A DNA stretch of 64,000 nt from assembly GCA_021818465.1 (NCBI GenBank), contig JAKAEA010000001.1, positions 311,712 through 375,711 on the forward strand, written 5' to 3'. Shown here in pieces: positions 19,334 to 30,066 of the stretch (positions within the stretch are counted from its first letter, which is position 1; every line of letters starts with the position of its first letter). A program made the translations under genes and the position numbers. The notes beneath the pieces were generated by a model that searched no databases, had not been told where the DNA came from, and was given only the letters and a program-made list of their open reading frames with translations. The DNA comes from a bacterium. GTDB taxonomy: Bacteria > Patescibacteriota > Minisyncoccia > Phycocordibacterales > JAKAEA01.

Positions 19334-21409
19334 ATGGCTGAAACAAAGGGTAAAAATACGTCTCACTATAGCGCCGCAGATATCCAGGTGTTAGAAGGTT
19401 TGGAGCCGGTGCGTAAACGTCCCGGTATGTACATTGGTACGACTGGTCCAGATGGTTTTCATCACTTGGTTACAGAAGTTTTTGACAACTCACGCGATGA
19501 AGCGATGGGTGGTTTTGCTACTGATATTGAAATTACGCTTTTGCCAGCGGTGGATGGCGATTTAGAACGAGTGCGTGTGGTTGATAATGGTCGTGGTATT
19601 CCCGTAGATGTACACAAACAAACAAAAGTGTCAGCGTTGGAAACTATTATGACCACCTTGCATGCTGGTGGAAAATTTGGCGGCGAGGGATATAAGGTTT
19701 CAGGCGGCTTACACGGCGTTGGTGCTTCGGTGGTGAATGCGCTCTCCAGTTGGTGTCAGGTGGAGGTGCATCGTGACGGTGGTAGATATGTTCAAGAATA
19801 CCAACGTGGCAAGAAAAAAGCCGCGGTTAAAAAATTGGGCGCATCACAACGTACCGGTACCATCGTCACTTTTGCTCCCGATGAAGAAATTTTTGGTAAG
19901 CAAACATTCGATTTCAATCGTTTGGTAAATCACATGCGCCAACAAGCGTATCTTGTTAAGGGGTTGCGTATTAGCGTTATTGATGCTCGCGCAGCGAAAA
20001 AATGCGATCTCGATACGGTATTTTATTTTCGTGAATGCGGTGTTGATGCGCCATCGCACTCGTTTTATTTTGAAGGCGGCCTGCGGTCGTTGGTTAAGTT
20101 TCAAAACCAAGTGCTTAAGCCGGTGCACAAGAATATTTTTTATGTAGAGAAAAAGACTAACGAATACGAATCAGCCGAAATTGCTTTACAGTATGTGGAT
20201 GATATTGCTTCACGAGTGTTACCATTCGCAAACAATATTTATAACAGCGAGGGCGGTACGCATATCACTGGTTTTAAAACGGCACTGACACGTACGCTCA
20301 ATAATTATGGACGCAAAAACAATCTCATTAAAGAATCGGAAGATAATTTTACTGGCGAAGACGTACTTGAAGGTTTGACCGCGGTGGTTTCCGTGAAGAT
20401 TCGCGAAATTCAATTTGAAGGTCAAACGAAAGCGAAATTAGGTACCGTGGAAGCGCGCGGTATTGTGGAAAGTGTTTTCGGTGAGGCCTTCGAGGCATTT
20501 TTGGAAGAAAATCCTGATGATGCGCGCGCTATTGTTGGTAAGGTGGTGCTTGCGCTTAAAGCACGTAAAGCTGCTAAAGCTGCCAAAGATTCCGTATTGC
20601 GCAAGGGTGCCTTAGAAGGATTTGCATTGCCTGGTAAGTTGGCTGATTGTCAAAGCAAAGACGCCAGTGAGTCCGAACTCTTTATCGTAGAGGGTGACTC
20701 TGCCGGTGGTACCGCCAAACAAGGCCGTGATCGCCGTACGCAGGCAGTGTTGCCGTTACGGGGCAAAATCCTCAATGTTGAGCGTGCTCGCTTGGATAGA
20801 ATGCTTGATTCGGCAGAAATCAAAGCACTTATTATTGCTCTTGGTACAGCGATTGGTGACACGTTTGATCTTGCTCGGTTGCGTTATCATAAAGTTATTA
20901 TTGCTACGGATGCTGACGTTGATGGTGCGCACATCCGTACGCTTTTGCTGACACTCTTCTTTCGTCATTTCCGCTCACTTGTTGATAATGGTCATATTTA
21001 CATTGCGCAACCACCGCTTTTCAAAATCAAAAAAGGCAAGGAAATTTTTTATGCGTATTCCGATGAAGAACGCAACAAAATTGTTGGCACCGCAGACGTT
21101 AGTGATATTGAAGAACTAGAATCCGATGAAGCTGCTGCAGCCGATACGCCTGCTGTAGAAGAAAAAGAAGAAACAGTAACAAAAAAATCTAACAAAATAT
21201 CTATTCAGCGCTATAAAGGTTTGGGTGAAATGAATGCTGAAGAACTTAAAGAGACAACAATGGATATTGCCAACCGTATTCTCAAAAAGGTAACGGTAGA
21301 CGACGCACAAGATGCCGATAAAGTTTTTGACGTCCTTATGGGCACCGATGTGCCAGCGCGTAAATCTTTCATTCAATCTAATGCCCAAAAAGCAACACTG
21401 GATATTTAA
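19334..21409 (+). CDS. gyrB: DNA gyrase subunit B
   Basis: GHKL ATPase N-terminus (LEGLEPVRKRPGMYIGTTG, DNGRGIP), TOPRIM EGDSAGG, C-terminal QRYKGLGEMN motif. Confidence 0.85.
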   Translation: MAETKGKNTSHYSAADIQVLEGLEPVRKRPGMYIGTTGPDGFHHLVTEVFDNSRDEAMGGFATDIEITLLPAVDGDLERVRVVDNGRGIPVDVHKQTKVSALETIMTTLHAGGKFGGEGYKVSGGLHGVGASVVNALSSWCQVEVHRDGGRYVQEYQRGKKKAAVKKLGASQRTGTIVTFAPDEEIFGKQTFDFNRLVNHMRQQAYLVKGLRISVIDARAAKKCDLDTVFYFRECGVDAPSHSFYFEGGLRSLVKFQNQVLKPVHKNIFYVEKKTNEYESAEIALQYVDDIASRVLPFANNIYNSEGGTHITGFKTALTRTLNNYGRKNNLIKESEDNFTGEDVLEGLTAVVSVKIREIQFEGQTKAKLGTVEARGIVESVFGEAFEAFLEENPDDARAIVGKVVLALKARKAAKAAKDSVLRKGALEGFALPGKLADCQSKDASESELFIVEGDSAGGTAKQGRDRRTQAVLPLRGKILNVERARLDRMLDSAEIKALIIALGTAIGDTFDLARLRYHKVIIATDADVDGAHIRTLLLTLFFRHFRSLVDNGHIYIAQPPLFKIKKGKEIFYAYSDEERNKIVGTADVSDIEELESDEAAAADTPAVEEKEETVTKKSNKISIQRYKGLGEMNAEELKETTMDIANRILKKVTVDDAQDADKVFDVLMGTDVPARKSFIQSNAQKATLDI

Positions 21410-22046
21410 GAGCCTTCAATTTCTTGGCATCGTTTTGGCGGTATTCGTCCTAACCTTCATCACTCTGTATCTTATTGGTGCAGTTCCTAATTCACTTCAT
21501 TTTTTTGTAGAGACACCTATTACAAATGGTTCTGATACTACCTCATCGGCATCAGGACACCTATCGCCGGGCGCAGTGGGTGTAGAGAATGGATTTTTCG
21601 TTGGACCAGATTTACCAGAAAAGATTGTTATTCCATCTATTGGCGTGGATAGTGTGATTCTTAATCCACAAACAACAGACGTGGTCTCTCTTGATACTGA
21701 TCTTCTTAAGGGGGCAATACGCTATCCAACATCCGGTGCACTTGGAGAGGGAACGGTATTTCTCTTTGGTCATAACACTGGTTTGCCAGCTCTTAACCCG
21801 GCGTACAAAACATTTAATGGTTTGCGCACTATTAAAACTGGTGCACAGATAGAAGTTGATTCAACAACGCGACGATATTTTTACACCGTTACGTCGCTTT
21901 CGTTAGTGAATGGTAACACCGCGTATGTTACGATTTCGGCGCACAACAATGAATTAATTATTTCTACATGCAATGTATTTGGTGCCAAACAACAACGTTA
22001 CGTGGTACACGCCCAATTTAGTAGCTCTAAGCCGTTGGTAGGCTAG
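21381..22046 (+). CDS. Sortase (transpeptidase) family protein
   Basis: N-terminal TM anchor, catalytic His (VFLFGHNTG), TLxTC-like Cys (ELIISTCN), conserved Arg; start overlaps gyrB 3' end by ~29 nt (alternative later start possible). Confidence 0.7.
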   Translation: MPKKQHWIFKSLQFLGIVLAVFVLTFITLYLIGAVPNSLHFFVETPITNGSDTTSSASGHLSPGAVGVENGFFVGPDLPEKIVIPSIGVDSVILNPQTTDVVSLDTDLLKGAIRYPTSGALGEGTVFLFGHNTGLPALNPAYKTFNGLRTIKTGAQIEVDSTTRRYFYTVTSLSLVNGNTAYVTISAHNNELIISTCNVFGAKQQRYVVHAQFSSSKPLVG

Positions 22047-22138
22047 AAAGAGAGGCCATTGACAATTATATTAGATATGGTAAAATGTTCACGTTCGTGA
22101 AAGGTTTCAATTTTCTTATAACTAATTAAAGAACTACC

Positions 22139-23149
22139 ATGACTAAAAAAATCATATTTATGGCTGTAGTTTTCAGTCTTGTGGGAGGCGGTAGTTTTGC
22201 TGTTGCTTCCCATCAGGCGTCTGCTGATTGGTATGGTAGTGGTTACGGTGGTGGTTACTATAATAATTGTGGTTGTGATAATGTGCCGCCACCTCCTCCT
22301 GTTATATATACACCGCCAGCAATTTACACTCCGCCGCCAACCTACACGCCTGCACCTGCGCCAACACCGGTTGTGCCTCCTCCTGTTATATATACACCGC
22401 CAGCAATTTACACTCCGCCGCCAACCTACACGCCTGCACCTGCACCCGTGCCCATTATAGTTTCTCCTGTTGTGTATACACCGCCAGCAATTTACACTCC
22501 GCCACCTATTCAACAGCCGATTATTCAGACAGCTATTCAGACAGCACCGGCATTACAGGTAACGTGTCAAGCTAATCCTGTGCATGCGACCGTTGGTTCA
22601 ACAATTACATGGACAGCGTACATTTCTGGTGGACCGGGTTATTACGGTGGATATGGTGCCTACAACAATGCCTACTATAATAATTACAACACCAACTATT
22701 ATAATGGCCTCTCAATTGCCTGGACAGGTACGGATGGTTTAGCGGCAAATTCGAGCGCAGTTGTTTCTAAGACCTACATTACTCCTGGTGAAAAGGTTGC
22801 GACAGTGACTGTGCAAGCATATGGGCAAAGTGTAACGACTAGCTGCGCCAGTTTTATTTCAGCATCTGCGCCAGTGTATGTGCCACCGCCCATATCAGGA
22901 ACCACGCATCGTGTGTATTTGAATCAAGTACCATATACCGGTGCCGGTAGTGCCACTAAAATTATTCTTTTTGGAGTATTGGTACTTGGTTGGAGCGTAC
23001 TCGTTGCTTGGATGCTTATGAAGCGTCGAGCGGCTCGGTTAGGTGGTGCTACAGCAGTTGCGGTTGCGCCCACTGAAAATCCTATGCCCGTATTTACGAC
23101 ACGTGCCTTCCTAACAAATCACGTCAATCAATTGCGCCAAGCGTTATAA
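22139..23149 (+). CDS. Secreted Tyr/Pro-repeat protein with C-terminal membrane anchor (candidate sortase substrate)
   Basis: Signal peptide MTKKIIFMAVVFSLVGGGSFAVA; 28-aa repeat (PPPVIYTPPAIYTPPPTYTPAPAP) from 84-bp tandem DNA repeat 22295-22462 (+partial); C-terminal PYTGAG + hydrophobic helix + KRR. Confidence 0.65.
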   Translation: MTKKIIFMAVVFSLVGGGSFAVASHQASADWYGSGYGGGYYNNCGCDNVPPPPPVIYTPPAIYTPPPTYTPAPAPTPVVPPPVIYTPPAIYTPPPTYTPAPAPVPIIVSPVVYTPPAIYTPPPIQQPIIQTAIQTAPALQVTCQANPVHATVGSTITWTAYISGGPGYYGGYGAYNNAYYNNYNTNYYNGLSIAWTGTDGLAANSSAVVSKTYITPGEKVATVTVQAYGQSVTTSCASFISASAPVYVPPPISGTTHRVYLNQVPYTGAGSATKIILFGVLVLGWSVLVAWMLMKRRAARLGGATAVAVAPTENPMPVFTTRAFLTNHVNQLRQAL

Positions 23150-23176
23150 AAAGTAAAAAAAGGTCACAATAAAATG

Positions 23177-23200
23177 AGCGCCCGAAAGGCGCTTATTTTA
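23177..23200. terminator. Bidirectional rho-independent terminator
   Basis: AGCGCC-cgaaa-GGCGCT hairpin flanked by A-run upstream and TTATTTTA downstream, between convergent genes. Confidence 0.6.
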
Positions 23201-24958
23201 TATTTTATTTTTAATTTCATCGGAGAGTTGTCCAACTATTTTTTCAAGCGGTACACTGCCGATCTGGCCTCTGTCGCGGCTTTCTAACGTAGCAGTTGCT
23301 GTGGCACATTCTTTGTCGCCGATAACAAGCCAGTAGGGAATTTTTTCTAGTTTTGTGGTGCGGATTTTTTTACCGAGTGACTCATCGGAAGCGTCAAGCT
23401 CGGCGCGAATACCTGCCGCAACCAGTTTCGCGGTCGCTTTTGTAGCAACGGTGTGGTGAGCTTCACTAATGGGAATAACGCGCGCTTGCACTGGCGAAAG
23501 CCAGAGAGGGAAAGCGCCGGCAGTGTGTTCAAGTACTGTTGCCATAAAACGTTCGATGGAACCCATAATGGCGCAGTGAATCATGACGACGTCATCTTTC
23601 TTGCCCTCTTCATTCACGTAGGTGAGGTTGAAATTTTTTGGCATATTGAAATCGAGCTGGATAGTTGCTACTTGGAGTGTTCGACCAAGCGAATCAGTAG
23701 CGATAAAATCAATTTTAGGACCGTACATTGCGGCTTCACCTACGCCATCGATGAAATCGCTACGGCCACGTTTTTTGATGAGTGCAGAAAGCTGTTGCTC
23801 GGCATCGTGCCAAATGTCTGGTGTGCCCAAGTATTTTTCAAAATGTTCCGGATCGTGTCGCGATAGGCGAATGCGAAGATTCTTGAAACCAAGAGTACTA
23901 TAAAATGTATCAATAATATCCCAAATAGCGAACACTTCTTGTTCGATTTGATTTTTTCGACAAAACACATGCGCATCATCTTGCGTAATAGAGAGAACGC
24001 GTGAGAGGCCGGAAAGTTCACCCGACTGCTCATCGCGATACACCATGGTGGTTTCGCAGTAGCGCTGCGGCATGTCGCGATAACTGCGTGGTGCTGCGGC
24101 GAAAATTTGCGTATGGTGCGGACAATTCATGGGTTTTAAGGCGTAGAGTTTTTTCTCGCGGGTGGTTATTTTGAAAAGCTCTTCGCTGAATTTTTTCCAG
24201 TGACCGGACGTTTCGTAGAGGTCTTTTTTGGTAATGTGGGGGATGGTTACTTTGCTATAGCCACGAGCTTTGCGAAGTTCCCACACATAGTCGTTTAATA
24301 GTTCACGGATGAGCGTTCCTTTAGGCGTCCACAGCGGTAATCCTGGGCCAACAAGCGGTGAGAATACAAAAAGTCCAAGTTCCTTACCGAGTTTTTTATG
24401 GTCACGTTTCTCAGCCTCGCTGCGTTCATGTATGTATGCATCCAACGCTTGTTTGTTTGCAAACGCTAAGCCATAGATACGGGTGAGCATGGGTTTAGTT
24501 GCATCGCCGCGCCAGTAGGCACCGGCCACGCGATCGAGTTTGAATGCATCGGCAGCAATATCCTGTGCTGGATTAGTAGCATGTCCACCCCGGCAAAGAT
24601 CAGTAAACTCTCCAAAGGTATACAGAGTGATATGCTCGCCTGCCGTGGCGATTTCATGAATGAGCTCAAGTTTAAAAGGGTTATCTGCATACAGTTTTTT
24701 TGCTTCGGCTTCACTCACTTCTTTATTCGTACTTTTTTCCCATGTTGGCAGAATTTGGCGCATCTTTTTTTCTATCGCCACCAAGTCTTTGTCTGAAATA
24801 GGTGTACTAAATTGGAAATCATAATAAAAACCAGTATCAATGGCAGGACCGATTGTCGGTTTGGCGTCAGGGTAAAGTTGGAGAACAGCTGCTGCAAGAA
24901 GGTGCGCTAATGAGTGACGCTGGTATGCAAGTTTTTTTGACGGTTCGAGGTCTTTCAT
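23198..24958 (-). CDS. thrS: Threonine--tRNA ligase (lacking N-terminal TGS domain)
   Basis: N2/editing-domain start (HSLAHLLAAAV..YPDAKP..GPAIDTGFYYDF), class II catalytic core, IHCAIMGSIERFMA, C-terminal anticodon-binding domain. Confidence 0.85.
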   Translation of the reverse strand: MKDLEPSKKLAYQRHSLAHLLAAAVLQLYPDAKPTIGPAIDTGFYYDFQFSTPISDKDLVAIEKKMRQILPTWEKSTNKEVSEAEAKKLYADNPFKLELIHEIATAGEHITLYTFGEFTDLCRGGHATNPAQDIAADAFKLDRVAGAYWRGDATKPMLTRIYGLAFANKQALDAYIHERSEAEKRDHKKLGKELGLFVFSPLVGPGLPLWTPKGTLIRELLNDYVWELRKARGYSKVTIPHITKKDLYETSGHWKKFSEELFKITTREKKLYALKPMNCPHHTQIFAAAPRSYRDMPQRYCETTMVYRDEQSGELSGLSRVLSITQDDAHVFCRKNQIEQEVFAIWDIIDTFYSTLGFKNLRIRLSRHDPEHFEKYLGTPDIWHDAEQQLSALIKKRGRSDFIDGVGEAAMYGPKIDFIATDSLGRTLQVATIQLDFNMPKNFNLTYVNEEGKKDDVVMIHCAIMGSIERFMATVLEHTAGAFPLWLSPVQARVIPISEAHHTVATKATAKLVAAGIRAELDASDESLGKKIRTTKLEKIPYWLVIGDKECATATATLESRDRGQIGSVPLEKIVGQLSDEIKNKI

Positions 24959-25031
24959 ATGCGGTGGTGAGAATTGGTCTACATCATAACAGCTTTACTC
25001 GCTATTTGAAAGTTACTAATCTATGAGTTAA

Positions 25032-28000
25032 TTATAATACTTTTGCTTTTTCAACAATAATGCTTGGCGCGTCATTGCGCTTAGAGAGACGACCTTTCAT
25101 GGCGACACACACATCGGGCGCAAAAAGCTCCGGGTATTGTTTGAAAGTTTTAGGGAATACCACGCCTTCCATTGATCCGGTGTAATCGGCAATTTTTATG
25201 AACAACATCTTCTCATTATTTTTTGTTATAAATTGTTTAACTTCTTCTAGGAGACCATAGACAACAATTGTGGCGCCCTCAGGCATTTCTTTGAGGCGTG
25301 TGATGGTAGCGGCGCTACCGTCTTTTTGTTTGGCCTCGAGTTTTTCACGATAGGCATCGAGAGGGTGGCCGGAAATATAGAGACCGAGCAGTTCTTTTTC
25401 CCAGGCCAAGCGCTCGTTGGGGCTGGCGATGGCGGCTGGTTTGAGACGTAACGTTGGCACGTTCGCTGTATCATCGAGCAGTGTAAAGAGTGAATCTTCA
25501 CCATTGCTTGCCTGGGTCGCTTCTTTGTTGTAAGCGAGTAAATCGTCTATGGCGCCAAGTAGTTGGCCGCGTTCGCATTTTTGCTTTTGATCAAGTGGCA
25601 GCTCGTCAAATGCGCCAACTCGAATGAGTGCTTCTAATGATTTGCGATTGAGATTGCGGTTGCGGACACGAGTGAGAAAGTCGGCGAGCGAATGAAATGG
25701 ACCTTTTGTTTTTCGTTCAGCAATGATGGCGTCGGCGATACCTTCACCAACATTTTTAATAGTGTAGAGGCCGAAGCGAATGGCGTCGAGAGTGGCAGAC
25801 GTCTCGGACGTGCTTGGTGTTCCTTTAATAACCGTGAAGCCGCCAAAGCTTTCATTAATATCTGGTGGCAAAATTGGAATCTTCATGCGTCGACATTCCG
25901 CAATCGTTTCGGCAATAGTTTCAATGTTGCCGCTCTCGGCAGTGAGTACGGCACACATGTAGACGGCGGGAAAGTTTGCTTTCATGTAGGCAGTTTGGTA
26001 GGCAACGCGACCGTAGCTCGCAGCGTGAGCTTTATTGAAACCGTATGCAGCAAAGGGTTCAATGAGTTTCCAAAGCATTTCAGCTTTTTGCTGACTCATG
26101 CCGTTGCTGAGTAAACCGTGTATGAGTTTATCCTTTTCAGCTTGCATAACTTCCGGAATTTTTTTACCCATCGCTTTGCGAAATTTATCGGCTTCCAGCC
26201 ACGAGTACCCGGCGAGTTTGATAGCGGAGAGAAGCACATCGTCTTGATAAATGAGTAAACCATAAGAAAAATCCAAATATTCTTTCATGCGTGGATCCAA
26301 ATAGGTGACACGTGCCGGATTATGTTTGCGTTCAATGTACTGCGGAATAACTTCCATCGGGCCTGGACGGTAGAGCGCGACCATAGCATTAATATCGTGA
26401 ATAGTGCTTGGTTGTAGTTCTTTAAGAAATCGGGTCATGCCTGAGCCGTTGAGTTGAAACAAGCCTATGGTCTCACCCCGAGCTAGCATTGTGAACGTTT
26501 TAGCATCATCTAATGGAATGTGTTCAATATCCACATCAATATGTTCTATTTTTTGTACTAACTTTACAGCGTCAGCCAAAATAGCTAAGTTACGGATACC
26601 TAAGAAATCAAATTTGAGTAAACCTGCATCTTCTACCGACCACATATCGTATTGGGTGATAATTTTGCCACCGCTGGTGTCGTTGGTACTTTTAGGATCT
26701 AGTTGCAGTGGCACAAAATCGGTGATAGTTGTGGGGGCGATAACAACACCAGCGGCGTGCACCGAAATGTGTCGGGCGCGGCCCTCAATTTTTTTTGCGG
26801 TATCAATAATTTCGCGTACTTCCGCTTCGGCATCATATATTTTTTTAAGCTCAGGTTCCATTTCCAGGGCGCGCTCAATAGTCATAGGAAAACCTTGTGA
26901 GCCCATGGGGATGAGTTTTGCTACTCGGTCACCAGTAGTGTAGGGATAGCCGAGTGCGCGAGCGACGTCGCGTACAGCGCCACGTGCCATCATAGTGCCA
27001 AAGGTACCGATCTGGGCGACTTTGTCGTAGCCGTACTTTTTCTTGGCATACTCAATCATTTCGTCACGACGATTATCAGCATAATCCATATCAATATCAG
27101 GCGCGCTTGGTCGTTCTGGATTTAAAAAACGTTCAAAAGGCAGCTGGTATTCTAATGGATCAACATTCGTGATGCCGGCCAAGTAGGTGACGAGTGAACC
27201 ACCGACCGAGCCGCGGATGGTGGTGAGAATACCGTGTTCGTGAGCGTAGTGCAGTAAATCAGCAACCACAAGAAAGTATGGCGAGTAGCCTTTCGTTTTG
27301 ATGACAGATAGCTCGTATTCCATGCGCTCGCGCACTTTTTTGAGTTGTTCGGGATTAGTATATTTTTTATCAAAACCACGTTTTAAAAAACCCTGCTCTA
27401 CTGATTGCCGAAGCGCTTCATCGGCCGTGGTGCTGCCGGAAGGTAGCTCAAAATCAGGAAAAACCCATTTTCCGAGCGTCAGTTCCACAGTACACTGGTC
27501 GGCGATTTTAACCGTGTTTTCTAGAGCGTCAGGTGTATCTGTAAAAAGTTTTTCAGCCTGATCACTAGTAATAAAAGAAAAATTTTCCTCGGTGTCTTCA
27601 AAGCCACCACGTTCTAGAGCTTCGCCGTTTTGCTGAATAGATTGCAGCGTCTCGCGCGCCAATCGATCATCTTGTGAAAGGTAGTAGACATCATGAGCGG
27701 CAACAAGCGGTACCTGGTGTCGACGAGAAAATGCGACGAGTTTTTTCATGGTTTCTTCGTGGCCAGGAATTTCTGGATGGTGCGTTAGTTCAAGAAAAAA
27801 TGCACCTTCGCCGAAAAGTTTTTTGTAGTATGCAACAAGTTCAAGCACTTTTTCTTCGTCGTCGGCTTTGAGCGCTGCGATGATCTCGCTAGAAAAGGAC
27901 GGCGATATACAGATTAATCCCTCGGCATATTTTTCCAACAGCTCGCGGTCAACGCGCGGCTTATAATAGAAACCCTCTAGGTAGGAGTCGGTTACGAGTC

Positions 28001-28313
28001 GCAATAAATTTTTGTAGCCGATATTGTTTTTAGCAAGGAGTACCAGACGCGTGCGGCGATTATCCACGCCAGTTTGTTTGTCGTGGCGTGTGCGTGCGGC
28101 GAGGTAGCAATCAACGCCGATGATCGGTTTCAACTCATTTTTTTTACATTCCTTATAAAATTCAATGGCGCCGTAAAGGTTACCGTTATCGGTCAGGGCC
28201 ACGGCGTTCATACCGGCCGCTTTTGCTGCAGCAACCAGCTCGTCGATTTTCGGCAGGGCAGAGAGCAGGGAATAGTGTGAGTGCGTGTGCAGATGAACGA
28301 ATCGTGAAGACAT
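25032..28313 (-). CDS. dnaE: DNA polymerase III alpha subunit
   Basis: PHP domain FVHLHTHSHYSLL, Pol IIIa palm/fingers, OB fold; 1093 aa. Confidence 0.9.
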   Translation of the reverse strand: MSSRFVHLHTHSHYSLLSALPKIDELVAAAKAAGMNAVALTDNGNLYGAIEFYKECKKNELKPIIGVDCYLAARTRHDKQTGVDNRRTRLVLLAKNNIGYKNLLRLVTDSYLEGFYYKPRVDRELLEKYAEGLICISPSFSSEIIAALKADDEEKVLELVAYYKKLFGEGAFFLELTHHPEIPGHEETMKKLVAFSRRHQVPLVAAHDVYYLSQDDRLARETLQSIQQNGEALERGGFEDTEENFSFITSDQAEKLFTDTPDALENTVKIADQCTVELTLGKWVFPDFELPSGSTTADEALRQSVEQGFLKRGFDKKYTNPEQLKKVRERMEYELSVIKTKGYSPYFLVVADLLHYAHEHGILTTIRGSVGGSLVTYLAGITNVDPLEYQLPFERFLNPERPSAPDIDMDYADNRRDEMIEYAKKKYGYDKVAQIGTFGTMMARGAVRDVARALGYPYTTGDRVAKLIPMGSQGFPMTIERALEMEPELKKIYDAEAEVREIIDTAKKIEGRARHISVHAAGVVIAPTTITDFVPLQLDPKSTNDTSGGKIITQYDMWSVEDAGLLKFDFLGIRNLAILADAVKLVQKIEHIDVDIEHIPLDDAKTFTMLARGETIGLFQLNGSGMTRFLKELQPSTIHDINAMVALYRPGPMEVIPQYIERKHNPARVTYLDPRMKEYLDFSYGLLIYQDDVLLSAIKLAGYSWLEADKFRKAMGKKIPEVMQAEKDKLIHGLLSNGMSQQKAEMLWKLIEPFAAYGFNKAHAASYGRVAYQTAYMKANFPAVYMCAVLTAESGNIETIAETIAECRRMKIPILPPDINESFGGFTVIKGTPSTSETSATLDAIRFGLYTIKNVGEGIADAIIAERKTKGPFHSLADFLTRVRNRNLNRKSLEALIRVGAFDELPLDQKQKCERGQLLGAIDDLLAYNKEATQASNGEDSLFTLLDDTANVPTLRLKPAAIASPNERLAWEKELLGLYISGHPLDAYREKLEAKQKDGSAATITRLKEMPEGATIVVYGLLEEVKQFITKNNEKMLFIKIADYTGSMEGVVFPKTFKQYPELFAPDVCVAMKGRLSKRNDAPSIIVEKAKVL

Positions 28314-28337
28314 AGTAGGATTATATACTATCAGATT

Positions 28338-28943
28338 ATGGCCGCCGCTTATATTATTGGAATTGACGAAGTCGGTCGTGGTCCGCTGGCTGGGCCGGTG
28401 ACGCTCTGTGCTTGCGCGATTCCTCGTGGCGACGTTGGAAATCTTTTCATAAAAATTTTACACGGTGTAAAAGATTCAAAAAAATTAACGCCCCACGCCC
28501 GTGCAGCCTTCTTCGCAAAAGCGAAGCAGCTGCGCCGAGAAAATAAAATTAACTACGCTATCGCACACGTGAGTGCCGCGGTAATTGATCGCGAGGGGAT
28601 AGCGAGTGCGATTCGTATAGCAATTACCCGCTGTTTACAAAAATTAGAACTTGATCCCGTTCGCTGCAGTATATTTTTAGATGGTAGTTTGAAAGTGCCA
28701 CAAAAATTTGTAAGACAAAAGACCATTATTGGTGGCGATCAGTCGATACCGGTCATTTCACTAGCTTCGATTATTGCTAAAGTTGCCCGCGACAAGAAAA
28801 TGGTTGGTTGGGCACGTGCATTTCCGCAGTACGGTTTTGAAATTCATAAAGGCTACGGCACGCTCGCGCATCGGGATGCTATACGTCGCCACGGCCTTTC
28901 GCCACTCCACCGCCGCACCTTTTGTCGAAACATTGACAATTAG
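28338..28943 (+). CDS. rnhB: Ribonuclease HII
   Basis: IIGIDEVGRGPLAGPV N-terminus, DSKKL, later D/HRR motif. Confidence 0.85.
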   Translation: MAAAYIIGIDEVGRGPLAGPVTLCACAIPRGDVGNLFIKILHGVKDSKKLTPHARAAFFAKAKQLRRENKINYAIAHVSAAVIDREGIASAIRIAITRCLQKLELDPVRCSIFLDGSLKVPQKFVRQKTIIGGDQSIPVISLASIIAKVARDKKMVGWARAFPQYGFEIHKGYGTLAHRDAIRRHGLSPLHRRTFCRNIDN

Positions 28944-29021
28944 CCACATTTATGCTACGATTACACCGACTCTAAAGAATGGTTCTTTAGAGAATTTTTG
29001 TTTTTTTGAAAGGAGGCCGTC

Positions 29022-30044
29022 ATGGCCACGCGTATCACCAAAATTCGGGTTCCTCGTCTGTGCAGCATCGGCGACCTGTACGGTCTCCGGCTACTACAGA
29101 AACATGGGGAAGAAAAATTTCCTGGCGTTGCAACCGCTCCTGTCGAGTTCTATGATCTCGGCACATACCCCGACAACACCTGGATGCAGTATCTTCAGCA
29201 AGGCACGTTCATCATTGGAATTGACAGCTTTCGGATCCAACGTGGTCGGCCGGCTTGCGTGTCGGTGGCGGAAGCTCTCGGGTTGATCGACCACGTGTTC
29301 TACGGATGGTTGGTGCAGCGAATGGTGGATGCAAGTAATCTTTCCACTGATCCGTTTAGCATCAACAATATCTTGCGGGATGTATGGCGCTACAATTCCA
29401 CAGAGATATTGCCTTTTGCTCGGACATTATTCCGAGCAATAGAGGAAAAGCAGCGATACTTCCTCAAGACGCGGCACCTCCAGACGCAGCAAACGGCCAA
29501 AGCCGCTCACGAAGCTGCTCGTCGTCCTCTGCCGCCACCACCTCGTCGGCCGCGGGCGTGCACCACGCAGGACCAGCCACAGCCGCCGGTGGAAGTGGCA
29601 CACCAAGGACGAGAACCCTATCAGCGTTTTGCTGTTACGGGAGGACAGAATCCGTTATTCGCCGCCATCGTCACAACTGATGATGAAATTGGAGCGCTGG
29701 ACGTTCAATCGTTTGGTGTTGCCATCTTGGTATGTAAGCGTACCGCGGGACATATGGACGTGTTCTGTTTCGATTCTTCTGTTGACTTGATCTATTTGGT
29801 TAAGGAGTTACGGAAGGAGTCTTTGCGAAATCTAGGGATGTCCCGAAAGAAGATTCAGGGTTTGAATCAGGACCATTTAATGGCTTCGGGAATTATCCCT
29901 GAAGTTCCTGATTTAGATTTCAGGATAACAACCCAACTTCAGGAAATACTGCATGTTGCATTGGCTCTTGATAAGGTTGTTCACCTGCTCAAGACTGTGG
30001 TTGCTCCTTGTAGCAATCCCAACATAGTGCAGGAAGTGATGTAA
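29022..30044 (+). CDS. Hypothetical protein, GC-rich orphan (340 aa)
   Basis: Long ORF with AGGAGG RBS 6 nt upstream, followed by strong terminator; markedly higher GC than neighbours; Pro/Arg-rich linker. Confidence 0.5.
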   Translation: MATRITKIRVPRLCSIGDLYGLRLLQKHGEEKFPGVATAPVEFYDLGTYPDNTWMQYLQQGTFIIGIDSFRIQRGRPACVSVAEALGLIDHVFYGWLVQRMVDASNLSTDPFSINNILRDVWRYNSTEILPFARTLFRAIEEKQRYFLKTRHLQTQQTAKAAHEAARRPLPPPPRRPRACTTQDQPQPPVEVAHQGREPYQRFAVTGGQNPLFAAIVTTDDEIGALDVQSFGVAILVCKRTAGHMDVFCFDSSVDLIYLVKELRKESLRNLGMSRKKIQGLNQDHLMASGIIPEVPDLDFRITTQLQEILHVALALDKVVHLLKTVVAPCSNPNIVQEVM

Positions 30045-30066
30045 TGTTTCCTTCGTTCTTTTTCAG

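Noticed and set aside
22043-22513. 156-aa Arg/Cys/Trp-rich ORF antisense to the Tyr/Pro-repeat gene
   Set aside because: It is an artefact of the repetitive sequence. It has the same tandem repeat in antisense and no start context.
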